Below the pieces are notes generated by a model that saw only the letters and a list, made by a program, of their open reading frames with translations, had not been told where the DNA came from and ran no database searches. Positions 24,601 to 38,438 of a stretch of DNA of 64,000 bases are shown piece after piece; the stretch's first letter is position 1, and every line of letters begins with the position of its first letter. The position numbers were made by a program, and so were the translations under genes. The DNA is from Cyanophora paradoxa CCMP329 (lineage: Eukaryota; Plantae; Glaucophyta): the NCBI GenBank assembly GCA_004431415.1, contig QPMI01000668.1, forward strand, positions 1 to 64,000, in the 5' to 3' direction.

Positions 24601-27600
24601 CACTGCGTCACCCATCACTGCATCCCGAAGTACTGCTTTAAGAAAGGGAGTCATTGCAAAGTTCTTCAACGAAACGGTGATATTCGCGAGAAATCAGAAG
24701 TGCTATTGGCAACGTCTTCAAATCGAGTCGAGGAGACATTCAAGGTACCCATAACCACTGTTTGTTTCAAATAAGCATCTCATGTGCACATCATCTGCAG
24801 ACATGCATGAAACGTAACACGACCAATGTAACAATTCATGCCCCCCATCATCTCTCCATCTCCAGATCGAATGTACATGATGATTTTATCAGCAACGAAT
24901 ACGGATGCGGAGAATACGTTACGGCGTACACCACTAAGATGGATCTTGGCCTGGATGGTCTCATCAAAGTGTGTGGACACGCGTTACAACGGCTACCTCC
25001 CAACACTTGCCCGAACTTGCAGACCTGTTTCAAGACTGTCATGAAAGCTGCAATTGGCAGTCAAGTCGTTCATGCCCAAGCAGCATGTATTACACTACTT
25101 GGTTATCAACACTATGAGGCTTCACGTGCTTTCGAGACCATCCGCATCCCCTTTCCGGATTCGCCGAAATGGTTCATCCGTTCAGATGACGACCTAGACT
25201 CCAAACCCGACGACGAACACTTCGACGATATCTCCAAAACAAACACTTCACAACTGATTTATGCCAACCGCCCGACCAACACTCATGCTTGTAACATCCA
25301 CAATTTTGATTTCGACAACCTTAGCTACAAAGAATTCAGGTGCCAATTCTACCACACCAAGCATGATGCTACAAGTGAGAGATGCAACACTCGCTACCCT
25401 ATCCGTATCCAAGATCCGAACTCGGTTAAACCGGATTACTACATCATGCAGAGATCAAAATCAGCTGTGGTTCTAGTACATCCGAACATTCCGGCCGACT
25501 TCACAGATGAACGGTGCGCCCACCCTTTCAGTGTCCTCTTTCACATTCAATTCATTATACGTACAGCTTTTGTTTTTCCGCGTTGTTTCTTCATGTTCCT
25601 TGGCGCTCCACCGAATCTCTGCTTTCGCCTGGAACCACCGCCCGGCAAACCTTGGCAGCCATTTGGGGTTCATTGCCTCCTCGAGTACAAGACTCGATCG
25701 CCAAGAAGGCGCTCATCGAAGAACTTTGGAAGGAAAAAGCTGATCTAGATAAGCCGATCACAGGCAACTCTTCTACCGATGCAACCCCCATGTCGTTCGA
25801 AGATTTTGCCCTTCGTGCGGCGATACTGGAGGACAGAAATGTTGAAGTGTATGCCTCCACCAGCATCATGGATCTGTGGCAGCGAGTTCGACCCATTATT
25901 GCAGATGACATCAATGTCTACGAATCAGCCGCCAACTACTGGTCATCGTGCAAAAATATCGCCAAGAAAGCTCGACAGGACTTTAATGCCACGAAGGCTA
26001 TGGAGGCTGAGGCACTCCGACAGGCACGGTTACAGGACACCAATTCCAATCACAGCGACACATCCTTGCTCACGGATCCTGCTTTCATTGGGTTGGATAT
26101 CCACGGCCAGCAGCAGGCCTTGTCAATTATCCATGAACACACACTGGGACCTCGTTCCACAGCCCAACTTCTCATGGTTATTCATGGAGGCGCAGGGGTT
26201 GGCAAGAGCAAAGTCATTGCCGCAATTGACCACTACCTTTTTCGCAATGCTTCATTCATGCCTACATCACGCTTCGGGCCAATTGTTATCGTTTCCATCA
26301 CCGGCACAGCAGCTTCAAATGTCGATGGCTACACCATTGCATCCGTGTTCGGGAGTGCTCCCTCTAAAACAGGCCGTCAACACCTGTTCTCGAAAGACCC
26401 CCATAAATCAGCTCAAGAATTGAAGGGTACAAGCACCATTATCATTGAAGAGTTCAGCATGTGCTCTGCTGATCAGCTCGTCTGGATCAACCACGTCTGC
26501 CAATTGTCAGCTGGCTCAGATTCATCTCTTAAGGATGCCCCCTTCGGTGGTAAGAACGTTATTTTGGTCGGCGACCTATACCAAGCTATTCCAGTACGAG
26601 GATTTTCAGTTGCAAGACTGTTCTCGGATCTATCTCAAGAATCGAACGCTGCGGTTCTGATGGAAGCACGTCGTCTATACGAACTATTTAATGTCGTCAT
26701 CGTTTTGGAGCATATTCACCGCCAGCTCGAAGGCGATCCGCTCGGGCTCATGTCTCCAGCTATTCGAACTGGGAGCATGACCAACGAGCAGTGCGCTCTT
26801 CTCAACACACGATTCGTGGCAAACTGGGAAGACCCAAATGCAGGAATCCCCAAGAATGCATGGCATGTGTGCTACACAAATGACCTTCGCAACGAGATTA
26901 ACAACAAATGTCTTAATGCTCTGACGCTACACGAAGCTCCTATTTGTTTCTGGGCAAACCACTTCATCATGTCAGCCACGGGAGACGATCGCAAGCGCAA
27001 GCGTAATGTACATGATCCAACAGATCTCAGCCTCGATGCGAACGCCATCCAGTCTGCAATTTTCTCAAAGGCACTTGACATGCCCGAGAGCGAATTCCAA
27101 GATCACAATTTCATCGTATTGTGTAAGGGTACGCAAACTTTTCACCAACCTCCCTTCAAAAGCCAACATTTGCCCCAGGCGCCCAAGTTATGGTTACCAC
27201 CAACCTGGCAACCGAGCTCGGCCTCACCAATGGTGCTAGAGGAACTGTCGAAACGTTCCTCGTGTACACCAAATCCGATCATCCTCAAACCCGAGAAGAA
27301 GCTTTCAGAATGCAAGGCAACAACTTCTGGAAACCACCAATTGTACTCGTCCGATTTCCCTCATCAGTGTACAAGGGCCCAAATTACAACTTGGAGTTTG
27401 CAAACATACCCCACATTCCTGATACATCTCTCGTACCAATCCCCTATTATCGCAACACGCTCCATCGCATGACTGTGAAAGCTGGCACGCCCGAAGGGGG
27501 CCGAATTACCAGTGTCGTTGAGAGAAGCCAACTCCCGTTGACTCTTTCATTTGCTTCGACCATCCACAAGGCCCAAGGGCAGACCACAGCTCATCTCGTC

Positions 27601-27849
27601 GTCCACGCGGATAATGGCATGCATCAACCAGGACTTGCACATGTCGCTACTACACGATGCAAAACTTTGAAAGGGCTCTTCATTACGCGACGGCGGATGA
27701 CTCCTGACATGTTCCGGAGTGGGCGACGCAAGACTATTCAGGCAAAGAAAGACGTCATGGATTATGTCGACGACGAAGACGTACGTTTCAAACGCTTAGC
27801 AGATATCACGGTCCAGACTTATGGCTTGACTCCCTATCGCAAACTGTAG
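21688..27849 (+). CDS. Helitron RepHel (DUF6570, HUH/Y2 Rep, PIF1-family helicase), multi-exon, with an in-frame TGA at 23948
   Basis: CASCRECLQKDNKPPKF..GFDFGDIPPELAELT; ALIWLKDHNPLY; LAFPVLFPYGRG; PTIFSTTSPADIFWPE; FWRVECQTRGSLHVHAIMW (24162-24222); EYVTAYTTK; Walker A GGAGVGKS; IIEEFSM; GDLYQAIPV; QLPLTLSFASTIHKAQGQT; HVATTR. Confidence 0.93.
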
Positions 27850-28149
27850 CCATCTCTTTTGTAATGACAAATTCATATTACTGTTGATCAAAGAATTATG
27901 CCACCCACGTAAAAGCGGATGCAAAGGCGATTTCCGCAATTGGACAGTTCATTTTCACACACAATCTCATTTCGAGCAAATACATCCAGCACACACATTA
28001 ATCCCGTCTTTGTTTTTCTTCGGTGTCTTGCACCCCTTGCATTTTGGGCATTTTGCGACTCGTTTCTTTGCACACGACGTAGCACAATCTGGAAGATCCT
28101 GTACGCAGTGATCACGACCACATTAAATACAGATAAAGACCGCAGTTAC

Positions 28150-31100
28150 CTTGCTTGACTTCCTTTCTTCAGACTGATAAAAGTCAGAACTCCATCCAGC
28201 ACTCAGTACGCACAACGCACCTGAGATTCCGCCGGAGGTCCACCAGAAGGAACAAAATCAAGTGTCGTCCGGATTTTCTTATTACCAATCTGCCCGCTCG
28301 AAATCAATCATACAAAAAACAACACAGCAATCGAAATACCTCAGCAGTACTACTGCTCAACCCGAGTCCAATCAACGGTCCCCTAAATGCGGGAGATGAT
28401 GGCACAGGGGTTTTATTTCCCGTCGAATCTCCAGCAGGTTTCTGGGGCGTGCTTGCAGTTGACTCAGATCGCGTAATTTCAGGGATAAAAGCACTGCATA
28501 AGTTACAGTGAAAAGCCACAAGCAACACTGATTCACAGAGCTTACGTTGACATCAGATGTTCCATTTCTTCAATTTGATCCAAGCAGGCCCCTTTGAATA
28601 ACTCTTTCACTGAATTTCCAACCTAGTACCAAAATCAAATTCAGGCATTATTGAACACATGAATATTTAAAAAGCATGCACGTACTCGTAAAGTTGAAAC
28701 CTTCGTGGTAGACGTCTGCAACGACGTGATTGGCTCACCACCAGTATTCGGAGTGTACTTGTTGGCCTTCACAACCACTTCCGTGATTGCCACAAATTTC
28801 CCAAGCAAAGCATCGACAGCTGTTTCATGGTTCAAACCTGCAGTCGCCAACGTGTCGCCATCCACAAAATTTGTGCAATGTCCACTGCATCCAATATCAA
28901 TACCATCATCACACCCACGTATTCATGAAAAAACTAGCTCACTACTGGTCGCTCAATTGCAGTCGAATGGACCCATTTGGCTTTCCATTCGAATTGTTGC
29001 AACATTTTACAGAGTCCACACGGCCGAAAACATCTGCTAGTTGTCAGTGTGAACGCCCAAATCATAAAGCAGGAACTTACTTCGAATGAGAGGATCACCG
29101 AGAGGTTTCAAGTTTCCATCAAAAAAAATCGTCAAATTCGGTGCATGAATTACCATGGAGGCATTCCAGTACGGAATGTCCAGAATTTTATCTATGATCC
29201 CAGAAGAAATGGATTTATAATTCCCGTCGTCGACACTCTGCCAGGAATTCAGTCCCATCCACCCTCGGGTCCTAAAAAGGCCTTACCATGACCCAGATAT
29301 CGAATGCGCTTGATGTTACATCGACCTTGTAAGCGCAACCCGTCGGGAAAATATTCGACACACTGGATCCACCACTCTTGACACGCAGATCATTAATTGC
29401 TGAGCCAGACAACGCAACCTTATTGCCCATAACAAGCACCTGCAATACATAACATGGCGCATCACGAAAACCTGCAAAAAAGACGCATGCAACAGCACAA
29501 GCATCTCACCATCACAGCAGAGTATGGGGGGGGGTACCCATGGTAGCATTAGGTTGTATGGGACTGCGGCCCCCCCCCCTGACCATTCTGTGCAGTAACC
29601 ATCAGCGCGCCGGGCGACGCGCTAGCACACTCGTCGTCCTTAGCTATGCCTTCCGGGCAGTGTGAAAGCAGTCCGGCCGACGGGGGCGCTCTGGCTCGGG
29701 AGATCGACTTGTAGCTAGTGCGGGTCGGCCGGGCCATCGGGGAGGCGCCCAGCAACCAGCTCACCGCATCATTAGTGAGCCTGGCATGCCGCATACGAGC
29801 GGGCGCGCCACGCCCCGCCGCCTCTGGTCCGCTGGACTCTCCGAAGAGGTAACCGCCGCGCACTGCGAACGAAGGATCGGCGGAAGCTGACCACCGGCGT
29901 CGCAGCGCCGACGCAGGACGTTACGAACGTAATGTGCATCTGATGAGAGTCTGCTGGTGCGCTGGGCTAGTCGCCGCGCGACCGGCCTGACCGACGCCCC
30001 CGCCAGGAGGCCGTGCACCAGCCGCGCATCTCGCCGGCGGGGCACAGGTGCAGCCTCGCCTTGCATATGCGACTTAGCTAAGCTAACAGTGCTGATCAAT
30101 GCTCGCAGCGCGCGCCGGGCGCCGCTCCTGGGCCGCCCGCTCTTGGTGGTGGTCGCCGCCCCTACGGAGTCGCCGTGGTGCGGGCGCGACCTTTTGCGTC
30201 CTTTCTTCAGCTTTGTTTTGATGTATACTGCATGCAGGCAAGCTGGGCGCACGGTGGGGCTCTTCGGGGCGGGCGTTTCTGGCGGAGAACGCCACCTGGT
30301 CCCCCTTCTTGGCCAGATCCCGCTGCTCCCCGTCGCTCTCCGCGTCTCCCTTGGATAGCGCATCGTCTAGATGGTTATGTACAATGAATCTACGCGTTTC
30401 CCCGCCGCCGCGCCCGCGCCCCCGTCCCAGGATTTGGGTGCCACCACTGCACTGCTCCAGCAGAGCGCCCTGTGCGCCCAGCACGTCCTAGGGCGGCCGA
30501 GATGGATGGAAACATAGTATATTACATAGAAGCACATTCGGGAACGATCCAACGCGTCCGGGAAGCGCGGGCAAGGGGTCCGAGCCTGACCCCAAGTCCT
30601 TGCCACCACCACCGCCAGCCACCGAACGCAGCACGGCGCCCTGCACAGCATGCGCGCGGTACGCAACATAGTTAGTCTTGCGTAGGAACGCAGCTGGCGC
30701 GTGGGCTCTGCTGGGATGCGCACCGGAAGCGACCAGCACTGCGGCAGTGGCGGGCACCAAGCCAGAACGCGCGGCGGAGCCGCCCTGTGCTCCCGGCGTA
30801 AGCTATTGACACAGCTAATGCCGCCTATGTGCTGCGGGCGACCGGCAAGGTCACAGGTGACCGGCAGCGGGCGAGCGGGCGGGCGCAGCGGGCGGACGGG
30901 ACGGACTTCACCCCCGAGAGCGGACGATGGCGCCGATCGTCATGAAGCATGTTCAACATCTAAGAACACTGTAGAAGCACGTTAGGCCCGCGCAGCAAGA
31001 GCGCCCGGGTCGCCGCACCTTCGAGAGCACGCCGCTCGGCGGGCGAGCGGGGCGGGCGGGCTGTTGCACCGCCAGCGATGTTTATATGACCTATGCGATG

Positions 31101-31950
31101 CTCCAGATACGCTGGCTGGTAGCCCGGCCGCCGCCGCCGCCATCCGACCTCGCTGGGCGCGCGACCAAGTCCGAAGTCCGACCCAGACGGACAGGGCTGA
31201 GAGCAGACGACCAACTGGATCTCGGTGCTCCTAGCTCCTAGCCAAAGCGGCCCGGCGATCTGACGCAGGCTCTTCAAACCCGACGCAGCCGAAGTTGGCT
31301 AGCTTGCCCTGTTACTGCGTACCGGGGGGTGCCACTTTCCCCGGTTTTTCCCATACAAGCCCAATGCTACCATGGGTACCCCCCCCATACTCTGCTGTGC
31401 ATACTTTGACCGACACACAATTTCATAGTCTCTTCCACCACAGATGTAAATCCTGATTGCGTCATAACGCATCCCAAAACACCGTTCTGCGCCCACTGGT
31501 CATCACGCATGCAACTCTTTGCCCTACAAACGCCTGCACCTTGTCGTTTACATACAGAAACCCAGGAGCTGTGGACCGACGGAACAGAAATGTCGACACG
31601 CAATCTAACGCTTTCGATGAACTTGGCACTGCCTGCAGCAACTTTTCCGATCACAAGGTTCAGATCGACCATACCATCACAAGTTCTCACCAGCAGCTCG
31701 GACACACTTTTCACCTTCGATACGTCGAGATCTATCGATGCGCGTGCTGCAGCCGCTGACGCCGACGCCATCGCCATGCCTACTTCGACTGCTTCAGACT
31801 CTATGGGTACGTTACAAACGTTCCCTGGGTACAGTATATCCATCTTCCCACCTTCGTCATTTCCATAGGTCGTACACAGAACGACTACCGACATCGACCT
31901 TCACTTTCATAGTTCCAAAACTCCAGTACCAATGGTAAGAATCGGACCTT
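28150..31950 (-). CDS. Putative OB-fold ssDNA-binding (RPA70-like) protein, multi-exon, interrupted by the TIR insertion at 29513-31399
   Basis: SIRLQLSD|SGHCTNFVDGD...LLGKFVAITEVVVKANKY...TSLQTSTT resembles the RPA OB-fold pattern, with a C-terminal CNLC. Helitrons are known to carry RPA-like genes. Confidence 0.45.
29513..31399. mobile_element. Non-autonomous TIR element (1,887 bp), CAC-terminated, 3-bp TSD (CMC/CACTA-like)
   Basis: ~50-bp TIR CACAGCAGAGTATGGGGGGGG(G)TACCCATGGTAGCATT..TTGTATGGGA at 29513 and inverted ending at 31399. TSD CAT at 29510-29512 and 31400-31402. GC-rich interior, no transposase. Confidence 0.9.
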
Positions 31951-32859
31951 CCTGCCCTCCATTCGCGAGACTAACTCAACAGCAGAACGTCTTGACCACT
32001 ACAGATCACGAACCCAATGACAGCACTCATGAAGCAATTGCAAGTGACTCACATTTCGATGACGAACCTCCTCCGTTGGAACCTGACAACGATCCTCTAC
32101 CTCACCACGAACTTCATAATTTTACGCCTGCTCAGGCTGCCGCAGTTTACATATTCACTTATTTATTCATGCCCGAAGACTCTAGCACATGGTTAAACTT
32201 GATCGCCCATGTGCGTGAAGAATAAAAAAAGCGTCGAGAGTCATATAAATAGCTAGCCTCTCTCAACAATATAATCGCAATTCAATGTGTCACACAAGCA
32301 CCTGTCCGTCCCGCCCCTCCAACCTCGCTCTCCCTCGCCTCGCCCGACGCACTTTCTCCTCACCCCACCCCCGGTCTCACTCCCCTTTCCAATTCCTCTC
32401 CCTCGCCATGCCCCCCTACTCCGGATCCCATCCCCGCTCTTCCTTTCTGGCCGCATGGGACCTCGCCCCCCCTCACCCATCTTCTTGCCCCTCCCCGGCC
32501 ATTCATGTCTCGCCCTGTCTGACTTCGTCCTGCCCCAACCTGTTCCGCCCTGTTCCGCACGGCCCCCCCTGATGCCCCACGTCGCAACCCAACCCAGTCA
32601 CGCCTCAGGCCCCCCCCCCCCTCCCCCCCCCCACGAATCCCCCGCGCGCCTCTGCGCTCTCCTCAACAACCCCACGCGCCGCGTCCCGCATCACCCCCGT
32701 CTGTCGCCACGCCCTGCTCCAAACCCGCTCAGTCTCACCTTGCTTTGCCCCGCCCTGATCCGCCTCACCATGCGCCTTCCTGCCCCTCTTCGCCCACCAA
32801 CATCCAGCCATCCCTGCCCTCCCCCGCAACCCGCCCCCCAGCACCCCACCCTGCTGCCG

Positions 32860-34990
32860 CGACAGTTCATCAAATCAAATCGTTGGTTGCAGCACATGAA
32901 TTCACAACGACAAAATTCCAGGCAGGCGATCACTGCTGGTTGATCTGAAAAAACTGCAAAACTCGTGAACACACATAAACAATTGCAATATTTCCAATCA
33001 CGAACCCTCTTCTGGTGCATAACTCGGTTTTTGATAGTGTAGGAAAATGCATTGCACCATTTCTTGTAATCGTCCACTGAGAAAGCAAATGGTCCAGTGG
33101 ACGAGAACCGTTTCTCCTTAATCGCCATGTGTTTCACAAGCAAATCCCGGATATTCCCGTACATGTTCCTCACCGCCTCCGCTGAATGCCCATCGCATGC
33201 GTACACATACAGCAGTCCAAAAAATTTCAGCAGCTACGACATTATAGGTGAAGCCATCAGATCACGTATGCCAAACATGCATACCGGATGGATCTCCGAT
33301 ATATCTGTCTCCTCTTGCTCTTCAATCTCGTTCATCTTCTTCAAAATTGACGCAAGGGACTGGTCTTTATAAAACCTGCTCACCTGTTTCAGCCTTTTGA
33401 ATTTCATAACAATTCATCACACCTGTAATTCGATCTTGTACGAAGATCCAACTGACGCAGAATGCGCAAAGGCGAGTCCATGACCATTGCTTCCAGCTCC
33501 ACCGAAGAGAATTCCAAATTCGTGCTAAACACGTAAGCAGCAAAACCAAAATCTTCTACATATTTCTTCGCTCGCTTCGGAGATATCACTTTGTTGAGGA
33601 CCTCCAGTATCTCCTTTTTGACCACGAATCGTACGGACCGCTCCTCGTTCACGAAGTCCAGATTAAAATACAGACCATGAGAAATTACACATACGCATGC
33701 TGGAATCGTAGCATGCACAATCTCCGGCTCCAACCCGTGCACAAAAAACTGGCATGCCGGCATGTCGAAGCCTTTTACGACCGATTCAATATCGCAATGA
33801 TCCAGTGGCGTCACCTGAGGCAAATCAACCTCAAGTAATGATATCGAACACATCCGAGTCACCTGGATAGTAGGAATTCCAGGAGCATGAATTTGCACAC
33901 CAAAGACAAAATCAGAAGTCATACATCCCACGGTCGACACCCTTGGCAGGAAGACGAAACGAAGTTGGTCTTCGGCTTTCATTTTTGCGGCCAGGTATAT
34001 CATATCTAGAATTTCCAGGAAGTCTTTGTGGTCCCGAGCTTGCACGTACAAGTCCACATCTTGCCTGCCGAACCGAAAAGACAACAGTTATATACGTCGC
34101 ATACATGGATGTCGGACCCCTACACTCACAACGAATACTCGTACGCAGTTCCAGGTAACAGTAATGCCCGAGCAACACATCCGCCTGTAAAACAAAATCC
34201 ACACGCTCGAACCCCAACAATGTGAAAGGCATAAATACCTGCTATGAAGATTTTCCTTTTGATCGAAACACATAAATTGTCCAGCAGAGCTGCACTCCGA
34301 ATACGTTCGGCAACCACCCTTTGCGAAGACATGTATCCCTCAACGATAGGAATCCCTGGTCCAGCCATCACATTCGACGTACGCCGAACACTGCGTGTAC
34401 CATCACCATGCACCTGCGGCCCCATGATCGCCATCTCCTTCAAAAACGCGACATAAACATCAAATATATCAGACAAGCGCACCTCAAAGCTCCCAGACAA
34501 AACAAACACCGAGCCTGACTTATACAATTGCTCTAGCTTTACGCCAGACTTATCCAAAAACTGCGCTAGCGCTGCTCGAGGATGCGTAGCACATGATGAA
34601 TGCACTGCGTCGAAGAACCGGACGTTATGGTTCAAACCGACGATCATCTCAAACTCGAAGTCCGACTGTGCGAGTGTACCCCTCGCCGTCCTCCGCCCCC
34701 CCCCCCAAAAAAACAAATTCGCGATCGCCACCTTCGATTCCCTCTCCGATGCGTTCAAAACACATGTTCAGTCTTCCTGTCATAACCTGAACTGCCCCGG
34801 ATAAGCAGACTTCTTCGACACGATGCCGATCGCGACGCTTTCGGGGTACAACTCTCCGACCACGGACTTCTCGTCCGAGGTCGATTCCCTGTACCCGGAG
34901 GTTTTTTTTTCCCGCCGTCCGCCAATTTGCGATCGACCCTCGCATTCGGGCAAACTCTGCACCACGCTACCGGTACGCTTCCTCTTCGTG
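32860..34990 (-). CDS. Pol-beta-superfamily nucleotidyltransferase-like protein (virus/phage-type), multi-exon
   Basis: FTGGCVARALL ... QDVDLYV ... PTIQVT ... VVKGFDMPACQFF ... KRAKKYVEDFGF, matching the GG / DxD / FD..CQ / R..KY...GF signature order. Confidence 0.6.
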
Positions 34991-35429
34991 AACACAACCC
35001 GCGCACTTAGCCCGCTCCACCGCTCAGACTCTTGTCGTGCTCTGCGACTGCGACTCGCGTCGCAGACACGCGGTCAACCGGTTCGTCCTCCGACTCTGCT
35101 GTTTACGCGTCCCCTCCCCATTTCCCAGATCTGACCTACTGCTGCGCAGCGCGTGGCGTGTTCGAACGCACTGGTTCGCACACCGCAGCCGAACCAACTG
35201 AATCCCGCCGCCCGCCCTTTAGTGCAACTCTCTGCTTCTGTTATCTCTCACCTTCGCGCGCAGCAAACGTCCCTGTCGCAGCGCCTTCCGCCCTTCAAAC
35301 TCAAGAGAAGCCAGCCGACCCAAGTTAGAAGCCGCGAGAACGATCGCTTCTCATCACGATCACATGTGCGAACAGTGTGACCCCCGATATATGAGTAGAT
35401 GAACCCTGCAACAGGTCAACGAATCGATC

Positions 35430-36287
35430 TCATGACTCGTCCTCATCAGATGAGGGGCCAATAGCCATAAAACAATGCCCCAGAACAATCACGAAGCTTG
35501 ATCTTTTTCAACGCGAAAAGATAACCAACGGCACGTACGCAAAAACCATAGCTACTCGCGGCCATCGAACAAACTACCGCGTTTCTAAAGCCCGAGGTGC
35601 ATCTCTTCCAAATCTTTCATCAGCTATGGCCAGCAACTGACCTGTGCCCTGCTCAGCTATGTACCTAGTGCAGAACGACCCAATGATTGACTTCGACGTG
35701 AACGACCTTGACCTCACCGACTTCTTTGCGAACATCGTCAGCAGCAGTGTCCCCAGTGCAAGCGATCTTCGTACCAATCCTACCCGCACCTTCTCTGAGG
35801 TGTCCCTTCTTCATCCTGATTCACCTGAACGCATTCAAACAGCTGCACGCACTTCCAAATGTACCCACCTTCAGGCACCTTACCCTTTCCACATTCTTCC
35901 TCAACCGGACTGAATGATCCATTGCCCTCACAGTGTTTCGACGTACAGCTCCATCTTCTCGCATGCTTGCAACGAGAAGACGAGAACGACAGCCCAAACG
36001 TTTCAGAAGCCTACGTATGGTATGGCTTCCAAATTCGTTTCAAAAATTCGACCTTCATCTCCAACAGGTCATGTCCAATTGAGGGATGCACCGAACTTGC
36101 CAGGGTTCGCGACATCGTACCCGACTTCTATATGCAATCCATACTCGATGGGGTGCGCACATCTTCTTCTTTGCAGATTCATCATCGTCGCCCTGACTAC
36201 CAGCAGTGCACCTCAACAAGCACAACTTCTGTGCGCATCTACAATACTGGAACCTGGGAACGTTGTCCCAATCACCAGGAAGACTAG
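35430..36287 (+). CDS. SP-RING (zf-MIZ) SUMO E3-ligase-like protein, copy 1
   Basis: VSLLHPDSPERIQTAARTSKCTHLQ|CFDVQLHL...SCPIEGC...DIVPDFYMQSILDG...VRIYNTGTW. Start is approximate. Confidence 0.75.
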
Positions 36288-36429
36288 ATATCCCGTTTTG
36301 GTTCACGAATCACTATTTCACGAATGAATACCCACAATGCCCGCGCTTCTTTCCAGCTACGTGGAATGCATATTCTTAAATCATGCACAAGCCACGATCC
36401 CGGGAAACATTTACAAAGTGATACCCTGC

Positions 36430-37062
36430 TTAATCAGAGTCGAAGTCAAAATCAGCAAGTATCGCCTTGATTTCTTCCAGCTTGTCGATGGCCAGATCTC
36501 CCTTCGACACATGCCCCTCCACTGGCATGTATGTTCGCAGTTCATCCTCCAGTGAAACAACACGATCTTGCAATGTACGGACCCACCCCCAGGCGTCGTC
36601 CAGCTTCACTTTCACAGGGCACGACTTGCCACACCAGCACGAGTTGGTAGGGTCGGCACAGCACCAAACCAGACGCTCCCCTGCCAGCGCCTCCGCTGCT
36701 TCAATTGCAACTTTCACGGCATCCTCCGTTGACTTTTCCTGCATGGCTTGCTGAAACTTTGCTGCAGCAACCGAGCGCCTCGCTTTGCTGTCACGCTCGC
36801 CTGGATGAACATCTCCATCTCCTAGCGGTGGGCACTCTGAATCGAATTGAAGCCGCTGACTGAAGCTCTTCCACCACTTGTGTCTTGGCTTACATGAGCG
36901 TTTTCTCGGAACCTGCTTCCTCCGGTACTTCGGCTTGCTCTCGGCATCATCATTAACAGCTGAATCTGCAAATACATCATCCTTCTCCTTGACTTCCGAC
37001 GGTTGCCCAGAAGCCGAACTCATACCAGAGGACGAAGTCATCGCCTGTTTCGACATAGCCAC
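36430..37062 (-). CDS. Orphan protein X1 (basic N-terminal patch, WCCAD..CGKSCP motif); paralog of 38663-39301
   Basis: Clean 210-aa ORF with strong similarity to X2. It may have a short upstream exon. Confidence 0.7.
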   Translation of the reverse strand: MAMSKQAMTSSSGMSSASGQPSEVKEKDDVFADSAVNDDAESKPKYRRKQVPRKRSCKPRHKWWKSFSQRLQFDSECPPLGDGDVHPGERDSKARRSVAAAKFQQAMQEKSTEDAVKVAIEAAEALAGERLVWCCADPTNSCWCGKSCPVKVKLDDAWGWVRTLQDRVVSLEDELRTYMPVEGHVSKGDLAIDKLEEIKAILADFDFDSD

Positions 37063-37662
37063 CTACAAAACGGCCGCAACGTTAGTGATCTACTGCCTTC
37101 AATAGGGCTTACATGACCAGGCGTACCGAACTCAGATTACGGGCACTTCTGCAGCAGCACGGAGACTACGAAGCAAAGCACAACTGTGTACCCACTCAAA
37201 TCTCGCGATCGCAACTTCAGGCCTTCACCTTTCCTCGCATTCCGATGCCCGATGACATTGACAACATTCCAACAGCACCGTGAACACGATACATGACGTT
37301 CTCGATCTCCGCTCGCGAACGTGTTGGTACACAATCGGCGCAGGAAACACTAGTACCCCTTCCGGGTTTTTTTCCGATCAACTCACTAGCGCTTCCCGCT
37401 CACCAACTGCGCGCTAGCGCGTCGTATTTCCACGTCCAAGCTAAAAAGGATTCGTCCGCGAGCACCGCGCCTGTAGGCTTGCGAAGCATCGAAGTGCCGA
37501 CGTCAAGCAGAACTCGCCGTGCGCATCATACGAGCGCACCGAGATACTATCCCAATAGGTGCCGGAATACGGCCTGCGACCTACGTCCAAAGCTAAGGCT
37601 GTTCTTCCTAATACGGGCTCCTCGCGAAATCTCGCAGTCGAACGTCCAGCCCTACAACAACA

Positions 37663-38438
37663 ATGCAGAGATCAACATTCAGAGCTAAAAAGAAGCCTCT
37701 GAAGCCTTCGGCGCGCCACTATCGACCGGAAGCCACGCGCGACCCTGCACCGTTCCAGGGATTGGTGACTTCGCTCGAGACGACTACGGACGAAGACTAC
37801 AATGCTCTCGCCGCCAATGGCACGATAATCAAGCGATTCCTCGACCTCGATCACCGCATCACCTTCAGGCCATGGTACAAAGGCAAACAATATGGTGCAT
37901 GCCTCCCATACCTCTTCCACTCTTTTCTTCGTCAATCTCACCTACATCGCAGCTACTTCTCGAAATGAGAGTATACGACTCCCACTGAAAATTCCTTTCG
38001 GAGACGGCCGTATCCGAGTGCCTGTTCAATCAGTGTTCTGCAATCACCCGCACGTGCGCTTTCTCCTACCCAAAAAAAACCTCAACCTAATCTGAACACA
38101 GTGCTTTGATTTCCACGACCACATCCTTACATCTCATTGGTACCCAAACCGAATTCTGACTAAAGATAAAAGCACCCTCCATTCCCCCTGTTCTTATTCC
38201 TTTCTACAGGGTGTGTCCTTTCTGGTTTTGTGAGGCGAGGGCCGAACTCCAGGATCTCATTATCGACGAGTTCTTCATGTCGCTCCTTGATGGTGTACGC
38301 CCTTACACTATCCATCCACTACAGCTTCCATCACCCTTTTCCGAGCAGACCTCGACTCTGGAAATGGCCGTCGAAATAGATCCAGAGGGCAAGTGGACCC
38401 CTTGCTCATTCGACGCCATCACCCCCAGCAATGACTGA
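37663..38438 (+). CDS. SP-RING (zf-MIZ) SUMO E3-ligase-like protein, copy 2
   Basis: IRLPLKIPFGDGRIRVPVQSVFCNHPH|CFDFHDH...VCPFWFC...DLIIDEFFMSLLDG...AVEIDPEGKW. Confidence 0.8.

Noticed and set aside
31932-32943. Plus-strand ORFs 31932-32225 and 32287-32943
   Set aside because: The first is short with no recognisable motif; the second is Pro-rich simply because of the C-rich tract.
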